Shown: one piece after another, positions 22,535 through 32,451 of the stretch | How the letters are laid out: each line of letters opens with the position of its first letter | Position numbering within the stretch: the stretch's first letter is position 1 | NCBI GenBank assembly: GCA_948806215.1 | Contig: CAQIDI010000001.1 | Location: 73,115-137,114, forward strand | Direction of reading: 5' to 3' | Length of the DNA stretch: 64,000 nt | DNA from: an uncultured Eubacteriales bacterium | GTDB taxonomy: Bacteria > Bacillota > Clostridia > Christensenellales > UBA1242 | Position numbers and translations under genes: made by a program | Notes under the pieces: model-generated | The model's database searches: none | Told to the model about the DNA's origin: nothing | What the model saw: the letters and a program-made list of their open reading frames with translations, nothing else

Positions 22535-23998
22535 ATGGATAAAAAATATATAATTGGTATTGATGAAGGAACAACCAGTACCAGAGCAATTTTATACGAT
22601 ACAAAAACCTTTAAAATTGTTGATAAGGAACAAATTAAGTTTGAACAAATTTTTCCATTCCCTAGTTGGGTGGAACAAAATGCAAGCGATGTTTATAAAA
22701 AAGTTGAATTAACACTTAACACCATTATTAAGCGAAATAATTTAACTTGCGATAATGTTTATGGTATTGCAATAACAAATCAGCGTGAAACCGTTGTTGC
22801 GTGGGATAGAACATCTGGAAAACCAATTTATAACGCAATTGGTTGGCAATGCCGAAGAACCAGCGAATATTGCAAACGCCTTAAAAATAAAACTGCTATT
22901 AAAAATAAAACAGGACTTATTGTTGATGCTTATTTTTCGGCTAGTAAAATTAACTGGTTATTAAAAAATTGTGCCGAAGCAAAAGCTTTAGAAAAGCAAG
23001 ATAACTTGTGTTTTGGAACAATGGATAGTTTTATTATTTATAAACTAACAAAAGGTAAAAGTTTTGTAACCGATGTTACTAATGCAAGTAGAACTATGTT
23101 GTTTAATATTAATACACTTAGTTGGGACGAAAAACTTTTAAAGCAATTTGGAATAAAACAAAATTGTTTGCCTTGTGTTTTGCCTTGTGCTTCTGATTTT
23201 GGAATGGCAAAAACCATTATTGGAGAACTTCCAATTTTAAGCGTTATGGGAGACCAACAAGCAGCATTGTTTGGTCATGGTTGTTTTGAAGAAGGAATGA
23301 TTAAGGCAACCTATGGCACAGGATGTTTTGTTCTTATGAACACTGGAAATACTCCTTACACAAAAAATAAGAAAATGCTTTCTACCATTGCTTGGCAAAT
23401 TGATGATAAAGTTACCTATGCCCTAGAAGGAAGCGTGTTCAATGCTGGTTCTGCCCTAGAATGGGGAAACAGATTGGGATTATTTAAAAGTTCAAGCGAA
23501 ACAAGCGATTTAGCACAAAGCGTTGAAAACAATATGGGAGTTTATATGGTTCCTGCATTTAATGGCCTTGGTGCACCTTACTGGAACAGTTCGGCTAGAG
23601 GTATTATTTGTGGCATTACTGGCGGTGTTACAAAAGCTCACATAAGCCGAGCGATTCTTGAAAGTATGGCCTATAGCACTTACGATATTGTTAAGGCTAT
23701 GGAAAATAAAAATATTAAAATTAAAGAAATTCGTTGTGATGGTGGTGTTAGCAAAAACAACTTTTTACTACAATTTCAATCCGATTTAGTTTGTGTTAAA
23801 CTGCTAAGACAACAAAGTTCAGAAGTAACGGCTATGGGCACAATATTTATGGCAGGTTTAAAAGCTAAAGTGTTTAAAAATTTAAATGATATTAGCAAAC
23901 ACATTAACTTTGAAAGCGAGTGGATGCCAAAAATGAATACCATAGAAGTTAATAAATTAATTAATGGTTGGCATAAAGCAATAAAAAAATCATTATAA
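22535..23998 (+). CDS. glpK: glycerol kinase
   Basis: 487 aa. IIGIDEGTTSTRAILYD, TNQRETVVAWD, GDQQAALFG. Confidence 0.95.
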   Translation: MDKKYIIGIDEGTTSTRAILYDTKTFKIVDKEQIKFEQIFPFPSWVEQNASDVYKKVELTLNTIIKRNNLTCDNVYGIAITNQRETVVAWDRTSGKPIYNAIGWQCRRTSEYCKRLKNKTAIKNKTGLIVDAYFSASKINWLLKNCAEAKALEKQDNLCFGTMDSFIIYKLTKGKSFVTDVTNASRTMLFNINTLSWDEKLLKQFGIKQNCLPCVLPCASDFGMAKTIIGELPILSVMGDQQAALFGHGCFEEGMIKATYGTGCFVLMNTGNTPYTKNKKMLSTIAWQIDDKVTYALEGSVFNAGSALEWGNRLGLFKSSSETSDLAQSVENNMGVYMVPAFNGLGAPYWNSSARGIICGITGGVTKAHISRAILESMAYSTYDIVKAMENKNIKIKEIRCDGGVSKNNFLLQFQSDLVCVKLLRQQSSEVTAMGTIFMAGLKAKVFKNLNDISKHINFESEWMPKMNTIEVNKLINGWHKAIKKSL

Positions 23999-24010
23999 GG
24001 AGGAAGAAAA

Positions 24011-24892
24011 ATGAAAGAAGAAATTATTCAAGGCTTTAACAATTACGATATTGCAGCTTATTTATGGGATGATGTTAGTTCGCCAAAAGCGGTTATTCAA
24101 ATTGTTCACGGTATGCAAGAACACGCTTCTCGTTACGATCACTTTGCAAAATACTTAAATAAAAATGGTTTTATTGTTTTTGCTACCGACCACAGAGGAC
24201 ACGGAAAAACTGCCGGCGATGTTAAGTTGCTTGGGCACACAAATAGCGATATATTTAAAGAAGTTGTTTCGGATCAAATTATAATAACCGAGAAATTAAA
24301 AAACAGATTTAATTTGCCAGTTTATATTGTGGGACATTCGTTTGGAAGTTTTGTTACTCAGCGATATATTCAAATCTGCAATTTAACAACAAAGGCTGTT
24401 ATTGTTGGTAGTGCCTACACTAACACCTTGTTAAACAAAATGGGGTTAATGGTAGCTAACCTATCTGCCCTAATTAAAGGCAATCACGCACAAGCAAAAT
24501 TGGTTGAAAAGTTAAGTTTTGAAAGCTATGCTAAAAAGTTTAAAAATGGCAATTGGTTATGCTCTGATGAAAAACAATATGAGCAATATAAGTTAGACCC
24601 ATATTGCGGAACTCCTTTTCCATATTGCTTTTATAAATCAATGTTAAAAAATATTGTTAATAACTATAAGCATTTAGATAAAATTAGTAAAAACCAAAAA
24701 GTGTTTTTGGTTGCTGGTGATAGCGACCCTGTTGGTGGTTATGGGAAACTTGTTAAAAAATTATATAATGTTTATTTAAAAAATAATGTTGATGTTAAAA
24801 TGAAACTTTATAAAAATGGCCGACACGAAATTTTAAACGAAACTTTTAAAGAAGATGTTTATAAAGATATTGTTGATTTTTTAAATGATTAA
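24011..24892 (+). CDS. alpha/beta hydrolase (lysophospholipase / monoacylglycerol lipase-like)
   Basis: 293 aa. Nucleophile elbow GHSFG, GDSDPV and GRHEILNE triad elements. AGGAGG SD; 12 nt after glpK. Confidence 0.8.
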   Translation: MKEEIIQGFNNYDIAAYLWDDVSSPKAVIQIVHGMQEHASRYDHFAKYLNKNGFIVFATDHRGHGKTAGDVKLLGHTNSDIFKEVVSDQIIITEKLKNRFNLPVYIVGHSFGSFVTQRYIQICNLTTKAVIVGSAYTNTLLNKMGLMVANLSALIKGNHAQAKLVEKLSFESYAKKFKNGNWLCSDEKQYEQYKLDPYCGTPFPYCFYKSMLKNIVNNYKHLDKISKNQKVFLVAGDSDPVGGYGKLVKKLYNVYLKNNVDVKMKLYKNGRHEILNETFKEDVYKDIVDFLND

Positions 24893-24953
24893 CTACTATG
24901 TAAAATTAAAAAAAGTGACTATTAAAAGCCACTTTTTTTGTTTTTGCATAATA

Positions 24954-26066
24954 CTACATTAATGTAAAATTCATTGTTGCAGGGTTATGATCGGAAAACA
25001 TAAAATCAATGTTGTTTCCGTTAACTAAATTGCTTATGCTGTTAACTAAAATGTTGCTACTAACAATAAAGCCATCAAGTGTTACTGTGTAGTTAACTCC
25101 ATTTTTATAAGGCATATCGGTTGACCTACAAGTTGCTGCATCGGTTGAAGCCACAAATTTAAAGCCACTAGGCAAATCGGAATCGTTAAGTTCAAAAACC
25201 CATTCCGGGCGTTTTTGTTCCGACTTAAAATAGTTAACGCTGTTTGCAATATCGTGGTTAAAATCGCCACCGCAAATAATATAGTTTCCTTTTAAATTTT
25301 CTTCTACTAAAACTTTATTTAAAAGTTCTAATTGTTTTGCCCTAATCTTACCACCTTCATCGTAAGCCGACATATGTGAATTTATTATTACTAATTGCTT
25401 ATTAGAGTTATCTAAATTAATATAATTAACCGAAAAACAACGATCTAAATCAAAGAATTTATTAGGAAAACTTTCATCAATAGGATAGGATCTTCTAACA
25501 GAACTATCAAATTTTAATTTTGAAAATGTTGCCACACCTGCAGTGTTTGCTCCGTGTGGGTCGTTAAAGGGATACATAAGATAGGCAGAATGAAAGTTAA
25601 TTGCATAGTTATAGGCATAGTTTCCAATTTCAGAAAGCATTTTTAACTGATTAACATTGTGGCTTCTTGTTCCTATTGTATCAACTTCTTGAAACAAATA
25701 AAAATCAGAATTTAGCTCTTTACAAATATCAACAACTCCCCTAGTGTTGGTTTTAACTGTTTCGGCATTTTTTGCTGTGCTACCTGATCCATATACCTTT
25801 GTTCCATCCTTCATTTCGCCACTATCCATAAAAAATGAAAAATCCTGACTATAAGCACCAAATCCAATGTTATAAGTTGAAATTTGATATGTATTTCCAA
25901 TGGAAGCATCAAATTTAGAATTATTAATAATTTCTAGTTGCGTGTTATCGGCTATGCGATAATAGTGAGAACTTAAATAAAGCACATAACCTAAAACAAT
26001 AATTAACAGTGTGCCAATTATGCCAAGTAATGTAAATGCTGTTATTTTACAAATTCTTTTTGCCAT
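24954..26066 (-). CDS. membrane-anchored endonuclease/exonuclease/phosphatase (EEP) family hydrolase
   Basis: 370 aa. N-terminal TM helix, GGDFNHD and C-terminal SDHNP motifs typical of the EEP fold. Confidence 0.7.
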   Translation of the reverse strand: MAKRICKITAFTLLGIIGTLLIIVLGYVLYLSSHYYRIADNTQLEIINNSKFDASIGNTYQISTYNIGFGAYSQDFSFFMDSGEMKDGTKVYGSGSTAKNAETVKTNTRGVVDICKELNSDFYLFQEVDTIGTRSHNVNQLKMLSEIGNYAYNYAINFHSAYLMYPFNDPHGANTAGVATFSKLKFDSSVRRSYPIDESFPNKFFDLDRCFSVNYINLDNSNKQLVIINSHMSAYDEGGKIRAKQLELLNKVLVEENLKGNYIICGGDFNHDIANSVNYFKSEQKRPEWVFELNDSDLPSGFKFVASTDAATCRSTDMPYKNGVNYTVTLDGFIVSSNILVNSISNLVNGNNIDFMFSDHNPATMNFTLM

Positions 26067-26124
26067 ATTAATATCTCCTTTATTTAATTAAACAATAAAC
26101 CAAGCAAAAAAACAACTAATTTAG

Positions 26125-26961
26125 TTAAATAACAGTTAGAACTAATCCTGTAATAATAATTAAAACAGCAACAAATTTTAGTAATAGATTTTTTTCTTTA
26201 TATATAAGCGATCCTAAAAACACAGTTATTATTAACGAAGAATGCCTTGTTAAGGTCATAACAACAACACTGGAATTTGGGTGCGATGCTGCTACAAAGT
26301 GAATGTAATCGGCAATAAAAGTTATAATGCCTAAATTTATTACGCTATAACTCTTTTTTGCATAACTGAAATTTAATGCCTCACTTTTAATAATTAAATA
26401 AATTAATAAAAAAATAATTAAAGTTAAGGTGTAATAAAATTGCAGGCTAAAATTTGATGTGCTTTTTAATATAACTTTATCTAAAAATAGCGACGTTGAA
26501 ATTAAAAAACTTGATAGTAAGGTAAGAAAAATATATTTTAACTTAATAACTTTTTTAGTTTTATTAACATTAACTAAAACTATAGCAAAACTAATTATAA
26601 TAAATCCTAAAATTTTATTAAAATTTATTTGTTCATTTAAAAATATAACACTTAAAACGCCTGTAAAAATAACCTTAGAAAGCATTATTATGCTATAAAC
26701 ACTTATATCAATTTTTTTAATTACATAAAAACCAGTTAACCAACCCAAAAACACACAAAAACTTTTTAACATTATTAAATAATAGCTATTAAAACTTAAG
26801 GCATAGTTGCCACCAGTTATTATTAAAATAATCAGTATTACAAAATTAAAAATTATTATGGTTTGAGTAAGCGGTACTTTTTTTAAAGCTTGTTTTTTAA
26901 ATAAATCGCTAGTTCCACAAAGCAAACCATATATTATAGATAAAATAATCCAACTTTCCAT
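26125..26961 (-). CDS. EamA/DMT family transporter
   Basis: 278 aa, about 10 TM segments in two repeated halves. Confidence 0.6.
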   Translation of the reverse strand: MESWIILSIIYGLLCGTSDLFKKQALKKVPLTQTIIIFNFVILIILIITGGNYALSFNSYYLIMLKSFCVFLGWLTGFYVIKKIDISVYSIIMLSKVIFTGVLSVIFLNEQINFNKILGFIIISFAIVLVNVNKTKKVIKLKYIFLTLLSSFLISTSLFLDKVILKSTSNFSLQFYYTLTLIIFLLIYLIIKSEALNFSYAKKSYSVINLGIITFIADYIHFVAASHPNSSVVVMTLTRHSSLIITVFLGSLIYKEKNLLLKFVAVLIIITGLVLTVI

Positions 26962-27000
26962 ATTTAGTAATATGAAAAAAGTTGGATTAATGGTTTTTGA

Positions 27001-29271
27001 TTATTTTTTTAGTTTTAACATAAAAATTCTAACTGCATTAAGTATTGCAATAATCGATACGCCAACATCGGCAAAAACAGCTAAATACATATTGCTAATT
27101 CCTAATATATTTAAAATCATAATTGCTAGTTTAACACCTAAACTAAACACAATGTTTTCGATTACTAACCTTCTGGTGGTTTTAGCAATTTTAATTGAAT
27201 GATTAACCGATGCTATGTTATCGGTCATAATAACAACATCACTGCATTCTATTGCACTATCGCTTCCGTTTAAACCCATAGAATAACCAACTGTTGCAGT
27301 GTTAAGCACTGGTGCATCGTTAACACCATCGCCAACAAATGCAACATATTTGTTTTCGGCTTTAACTTTGTTAAATTCGGTTACTTTATCTTGTGGTAAT
27401 AAGTTTGAACGTACTTCCGATAATCCCACACAAGATGCAACATAGTTTGCAGTTGCTGCGTTATCGCCAGTTAACATTATTGTTTTAATTCTATTAGTAT
27501 TTAATTTGTTAATTTCAAATTTTGCATCGGATTTAATTTCGTCATTAATAACAACATAACCCAAATAACGCTTGTTTAAAGCAACATATATTATTGTTCC
27601 ATTTAATTGTTCGGGATTAAATGGTACTTTATATTTTTGAAGTAATTTTTCGTTACCACACAAAATTCGCTCGCCACTATTTAGGTTAACTAGCACTCCT
27701 TGCCCTAAAATTTCTTTAGAATTTTTAATTAAATTTGTATTAATATTTTTGCCATTTATAATACATTTAGCAATTGGATGGTTTGATGTGCTTTCGGCAA
27801 GTTGCAAATATTTTAACATTTCATCTGAATCGCAATTAACTGCATTAACTTCTGAAATAACAAATTTGCCATAGGTTAATGTTCCTGTTTTATCAAAACA
27901 AATTGCTTTTAAAGAATTAATACCATCTAAAACATTAGCACCTTTAATTAATAAACCATTTTTAGCACTTAAGCCCAAACCACAAAAATATGTTAATGGC
28001 ACAGATATTACAAGTGCACAAGGGCAAGAAATAACTAAAAACACTGCTGCACGTTTAAGCCCATCAAAAACTGTTCCGTACAATGGAAACAACGAAAATA
28101 AAATAATTGCCACAAAAACTACTACTGGAGTGTAAAATCTTGCAAATTTTGTTATAAAATTTTCGGCACGAGATTTGTTTGCCCCATTGTTTTCAACTAG
28201 TTCTAATATTTTTGCAACTGTTGAGTTTTTATATTCGCTTTCTACTAAAGCATAAACTGCACTACTTAGGTTTATTGAACCAGATAAAACTTGTTCACCT
28301 TCGGTTTTAAAAGCCGGAACAGATTCGCCAGTTATTGAGCTAACATCAAAATTTGTTTCGCCTTTTTTTATTATTACATCGGTAGGAACTTTTTCGCCCA
28401 CCTTAATTAATATTAAATCGCCTTTTTTAAGTTCTTCCGGAGTTATTACTTCAATTTTACCGTCAACAACCAAGTTTGCATTTTCTGCTTTTAAATTAAC
28501 TATTTCATCAATAGCATTTCTGGTTTTGGAAACTGCATTATCTGAAAACAATTCGCCAATTTGATAAAGTAACATAACCATTACTGCTTCAGGGTGTTCG
28601 CCAACAACAAAAGCGGCAATGGATGCTAAACTCATTAAAAATTTTTCGTCTAATAACTTTCCTTTAAAAATGTTTTTTATGGCTGATAAAATAACATCGT
28701 AACCAATAACAATGTAGGCTGTTAAATAAAATGGCAACTTAATATAAAAGTTAATTGGTAAGGCTAAACCCAAAATAAAGAAAAATAAACACAAATATAT
28801 TCTAACAAATTCTTTACTTAGAAAATTTATTTTAAGTTTTTTAGGTTTTTTCTTGCATTTATCTAAACTGCAACATTGATTAGAATTGGTTTCCTGATTT
28901 TGACCTAAATTAAGTTCATTTAGTTTTTGCTCTAATTCATCATCTTGCATAGCCTTATGACTGGTTGCAAGTGGCATAGCCTTTCGTTCTGCCACAGTTT
29001 GCCCTAATTGTTTTTTACGCTTTTCAACAAAACTTAGTGAACTTAAATTTTTAATTGTTACATTAGGTAAAACTTTGGTTGTTAATAATTGCAACTTTTT
29101 TGTTAATTCGGTTTCTGTTTCGTTATAATCTTCTATAGTTTCTATATATAGTTTAAGTTTAACAAAATCTAAGCTGGCTGATTTTATAAAACTTAATTTT
29201 TTAATTGCATTTTCTAAGTTACCTGCACAAACTGCACAATCAACATTTTCAACAATATAAACAACTTTCAT
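27001..29271 (-). CDS. heavy-metal translocating P1B-type ATPase (CPC type, Zn/Cd/Co-like)
   Basis: N-terminal HMA domain with CAVCAG, TM motif SCPCALV, DKTGTLT, SNHP, GDGVNDAP. The likely start is the ATG at 29271 (MKVVYIV). It overlaps the regulator TAA by 1 nt and has GAGGTG upstream. Confidence 0.9.
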   Translation of the reverse strand: MKVVYIVENVDCAVCAGNLENAIKKLSFIKSASLDFVKLKLYIETIEDYNETETELTKKLQLLTTKVLPNVTIKNLSSLSFVEKRKKQLGQTVAERKAMPLATSHKAMQDDELEQKLNELNLGQNQETNSNQCCSLDKCKKKPKKLKINFLSKEFVRIYLCLFFFILGLALPINFYIKLPFYLTAYIVIGYDVILSAIKNIFKGKLLDEKFLMSLASIAAFVVGEHPEAVMVMLLYQIGELFSDNAVSKTRNAIDEIVNLKAENANLVVDGKIEVITPEELKKGDLILIKVGEKVPTDVIIKKGETNFDVSSITGESVPAFKTEGEQVLSGSINLSSAVYALVESEYKNSTVAKILELVENNGANKSRAENFITKFARFYTPVVVFVAIILFSLFPLYGTVFDGLKRAAVFLVISCPCALVISVPLTYFCGLGLSAKNGLLIKGANVLDGINSLKAICFDKTGTLTYGKFVISEVNAVNCDSDEMLKYLQLAESTSNHPIAKCIINGKNINTNLIKNSKEILGQGVLVNLNSGERILCGNEKLLQKYKVPFNPEQLNGTIIYVALNKRYLGYVVINDEIKSDAKFEINKLNTNRIKTIMLTGDNAATANYVASCVGLSEVRSNLLPQDKVTEFNKVKAENKYVAFVGDGVNDAPVLNTATVGYSMGLNGSDSAIECSDVVIMTDNIASVNHSIKIAKTTRRLVIENIVFSLGVKLAIMILNILGISNMYLAVFADVGVSIIAILNAVRIFMLKLKK

Positions 29272-29576
29272 TATTTCACCTCGTTTACGTGAGTTCTGCA
29301 AATATCTATTAAAATGTTAATATGCTCATCTACTAAAAAATAATAAACATAGTTTCCCACTTTTTCATTACCTACAATGTTATTATCCTTTAATATTTTT
29401 AATTGATGTGAAATTAACGATTGTGAACAAAGCGTGTTTTCACAAAGCAAACTAACAGTTTTTTTACCTTCCATTAAACTAAAAATTAGTTTTAATCTGG
29501 TGTTATCACCTATTATTTTAAATAAGTTTCCAACCTTTTCAATTTCTTTGGTGGTTGGTTGTTTATAATCTTTCAT
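29271..29576 (-). CDS. ArsR/SmtB family metal-sensing repressor (alpha5-site type)
   Basis: 101 aa. wHTH LISHQLKILKDNNIV. C-terminal D-x-H-x10-H-x2-E spacing like CzrA/SmtB alpha5 ligands. Confidence 0.85.
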   Translation of the reverse strand: MKDYKQPTTKEIEKVGNLFKIIGDNTRLKLIFSLMEGKKTVSLLCENTLCSQSLISHQLKILKDNNIVGNEKVGNYVYYFLVDEHINILIDICRTHVNEVK

Positions 29577-29593
29577 AAATACACCTCTAAACT

Positions 29594-29643
29594 ATATGAA
29601 TGATTTTTCATATTATTAGTAGTATATGAATTTATGTTCATAT
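29594..29643. promoter_or_regulatory. two 20-bp palindromic ArsR/SmtB-type operators
   Basis: ATATGAA-N6-TTCATAT occurs at 29594-29613 and again at 29624-29643, 30 bp apart centre to centre. Confidence 0.7.
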
Positions 29644-29649
29644 TGTCAA
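29621..29649 (-). promoter_or_regulatory. sigma-A-type promoter of the repressor-ATPase operon
   Basis: Minus strand: TTGACA (29649-29644), 17-nt spacer, TATACT (29626-29621). One operator fills the spacer and overlaps the -10 element. Confidence 0.6.
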
Positions 29650-29848
29650 CCAATAATTTAAGATTAATTAAATTTGTTAAAATTAAATTTAATGCATAAT
29701 TGTTTATATTTATACAAAACTTTATTCTTTTAATTAAGTAAAATGGTAATAAATAAAGCCATTTATTAAATTAACCATTATAATTGCTTATAAAAAAAAT
29801 GAATTATTATAAAAAAACCACTAAAATAGTGGTTTTAAAATTTAATTA

Positions 29849-31846
29849 TTATTTATTTTCAAACTGACAATCTGGACGTTTAAAGAAATCAACTTTTGGT
29901 TCTAAAAACGATGGAGTGTGCCCTGTTGGATTTTCCACAAAGTTATAAATTGGATTATTAATAGTGTTCCAATCAAATATATTTTTGTTTAATTTTAAAA
30001 ATTCAACAACATTTTCAACGCTTTTAGGTGCTACTGGATGTAATAATACTAATGCAACTTTTGTCATATGCAAAGCGTTAACTAAAATTTGTTTTCCTTC
30101 TTCAGTTCCAGCAATATTTTGATTGTAAGCTGTTAGTTTTTTATTTATAGCACGAATAAACGAATCTAGTTCGTAACTAACCATATGAAATTTTTGTTCG
30201 TAAACGCATTTTTCATATTTTAATGTTGTGTATAAGCATTCGTTTAAAATATCTTCATCAACTTTGCCGTAAGGCATTATGCCATTATAATCTTTTTGCC
30301 AAGTGTAGCATAGTGTGCGTAAAACTCGATTAAACACATTGGTAAGCAAACTTCCCTCGTTTAAAACTGGATCGGCATCGGTTGGGTTTGCTAGCGGATT
30401 GAATGGTTTTGGCATAAAGGTTGCATTATTGTTTCCAACATTAAAGCCTAAATAATGACATCTAATTTGTTCTGCACTATAATAATCTAACAATTCGTTT
30501 GCCATTGGTGGTTTAACATCGGAAGAAGAACTTGCTTTTTTATTTAAAAATAATGTGTGTTTGTTAGCAACTAATAATGTTGGTGTTAACATTTCATTTT
30601 TAATATTTATTGTTGGATTTTCGCCTTGAGTTGCAAGCCACAAGCCCATTTGTGCTGGACCATAGAAATAAATGTTATCTTCACCAATAAACTGATAAAC
30701 TTTTGCCTCGTTGCTTGCCCACCAATCTTTCCACTCATCTTGCTTGTTTAAACGCTTTAAATAAGCTTGAGTAATTGATATTTGTGCCCATAAACTTTCT
30801 GGCCAAACATAAAAAGTTAAGCCTTGCATTTGTTTTGTGTCTGGCACTGGAACGCCCCAACTAAGGTTATTGGTTAATCGGAACGGAGTTAGAGTTTTGC
30901 CTGTTCTAAACCTAATTTGATTGTTATTTAATATTTCGCAAGCGTGTTCTCTATCGGATAGTTTATTAAATATAACTGTAAACGATGGTTTATTATCAAC
31001 TATTAATTCGTGTGGTTTTAAACTGGATTCTAACTTTTTAAAATCTTCTAAATATTCTTTTTTAATATAAACTTCTGGCTTTTTTAAAAATTCTCTTGTT
31101 TCTTTAATAATATAAGAACGAGTTGTTGTGTTTTTTTCAAGATAATCTAGCCATTCGCTTAAAATTGGAATAAAATCCTGCAAATTAAAATACCAATTAG
31201 TGCTTTCTTTTAAAACTGGAGTTTTTCCGGATAATGTGCTTATTGGATTAATTAATTCTTTTGGCATAAACTGATGTCCCAAATCGCATTCGTCGGCATA
31301 GGCGTGTTCACCTTGGCAACCTTCGATTGGGCATTTCCCTATAACTTGCCTACCATTTAAAAATGTTTGCTTTTCTTCATCATAAAACTGCAAAGTTTTT
31401 AGTGGTGTTAAATATCCATTATTTAATAATGTGTTAAAAATGTTAGCACTAACTTTTTCGTGAATTTCTTTTTCTTCGCCAAAAGCCGATGCAGCATATA
31501 TGTTAAGAGATATGTTATAATCATCCAATATCTTTTTTTGAATGTTATGATATTTTGAAACATAATCTATCATACTACCATTAAATTCGCCTTTTTCTTG
31601 TAGCTTACGGTAGCCTTCTAATGCTGGAGAACCATAGCAATCTGTGCCAGACTGATAAATAACGTTATCTGCTCCTATTCTATCTCGTAAAAAACGAGCA
31701 AAAAAATCGGAATGAATAAATATTGTTATGTGTCCACAGTGAAGCGATTTGTTACCATATGGTAAACCAGAAGTTACAACTGCTCTTTTTGGCCACACTG
31801 GGCGATGATCTAACATTCTATTTAATACATCTATTGATATTGCCAT
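29849..31846 (-). CDS. metG: methionine--tRNA ligase-like class I aminoacyl-tRNA synthetase (divergent)
   Basis: 665 aa. HIGH as HCGH, SGTDCYG, Zn knuckle CPIEGCQ...ECDLGH, NWYFNL, LSWGVPVP, YVWPESL. The KMSKS position reads KASSS. Confidence 0.7.
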   Translation of the reverse strand: MAISIDVLNRMLDHRPVWPKRAVVTSGLPYGNKSLHCGHITIFIHSDFFARFLRDRIGADNVIYQSGTDCYGSPALEGYRKLQEKGEFNGSMIDYVSKYHNIQKKILDDYNISLNIYAASAFGEEKEIHEKVSANIFNTLLNNGYLTPLKTLQFYDEEKQTFLNGRQVIGKCPIEGCQGEHAYADECDLGHQFMPKELINPISTLSGKTPVLKESTNWYFNLQDFIPILSEWLDYLEKNTTTRSYIIKETREFLKKPEVYIKKEYLEDFKKLESSLKPHELIVDNKPSFTVIFNKLSDREHACEILNNNQIRFRTGKTLTPFRLTNNLSWGVPVPDTKQMQGLTFYVWPESLWAQISITQAYLKRLNKQDEWKDWWASNEAKVYQFIGEDNIYFYGPAQMGLWLATQGENPTINIKNEMLTPTLLVANKHTLFLNKKASSSSDVKPPMANELLDYYSAEQIRCHYLGFNVGNNNATFMPKPFNPLANPTDADPVLNEGSLLTNVFNRVLRTLCYTWQKDYNGIMPYGKVDEDILNECLYTTLKYEKCVYEQKFHMVSYELDSFIRAINKKLTAYNQNIAGTEEGKQILVNALHMTKVALVLLHPVAPKSVENVVEFLKLNKNIFDWNTINNPIYNFVENPTGHTPSFLEPKVDFFKRPDCQFENK

Positions 31847-32110
31847 AAATTTCCTCCAAAACTATATAATTAAATATACTATTTTTAGCCAAATAAAGCA
31901 ATTATTTAGTAATATTACCAACAAATTATTAAATATTTTTAAATTTTATGAATAGCCTATGTTATTTTGACAATAATTTAAAAAATTAATTTGCTTCAAA
32001 TTAAACCAATAATTACCAATGTTGGGTATGTATTAATGCAGTTAATTTAAGCAAAATAATAATACAAAGTAAAACATTACTTTGGAAATTTTGGGAGGTG
32101 TAAGGATATT

Positions 32111-32428
32111 ATGGCAAGAAACACAAGCACATCAAAAGCAAAAACAACTTCTGCTAGAGCTAAAACAACTAGCGCTAAAACTAGTGCTAGAACCAGTGCT
32201 AAAACTAAAGCTTCAACATCAAACACTAAAGCTAATGCTAAAGCAAGAGCTTTAAGATCAACCGAAGCAAGTTCTAATGCAACATCTAGCAAACAAACAA
32301 GTGCTCGTAGTTCTAAAACCACAACTAGCCGTGCTACATCAAATAAGGCTAATGCAAAAGCTAGAACTTCTGCAAAAGCTACAAGTAGCAAAGCGTGTGG
32401 TAAAACATCCAGAACAACCAGCAAATAG
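32111..32428 (+). CDS. highly basic Ser/Thr/Ala/Lys/Arg low-complexity protein (possible H1-like nucleic-acid binder)
   Basis: 105 aa. GGGAGGTG SD about 10 nt upstream. Its own terminator lies about 25 nt downstream. Internal repeats (AKTTSA, KANAKAR). Confidence 0.7.
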   Translation: MARNTSTSKAKTTSARAKTTSAKTSARTSAKTKASTSNTKANAKARALRSTEASSNATSSKQTSARSSKTTTSRATSNKANAKARTSAKATSSKACGKTSRTTSK

Positions 32429-32451
32429 ATTTAGTTAAATCTATTTAAAAG

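Noticed and set aside
31847-32076. T-box leader upstream of the MetRS-like gene
   Set aside because: No T-box core (GGUGGNACCGCG-like) and no terminator/antiterminator pair is present in the 230-nt upstream region on the minus strand. I saw only a plausible promoter (TTGCTT-17-TATATT) and an SD.
32077-32424. 115-aa minus-strand ORF (Leu/Val/Ala-rich) opposite the basic repeat gene
   Set aside because: It is the mirror image of the repetitive plus-strand gene, and reading GCT/ACT/AAA-rich repeats in reverse gives an open frame automatically. It has no SD and no terminator. The plus-strand ORF has both.
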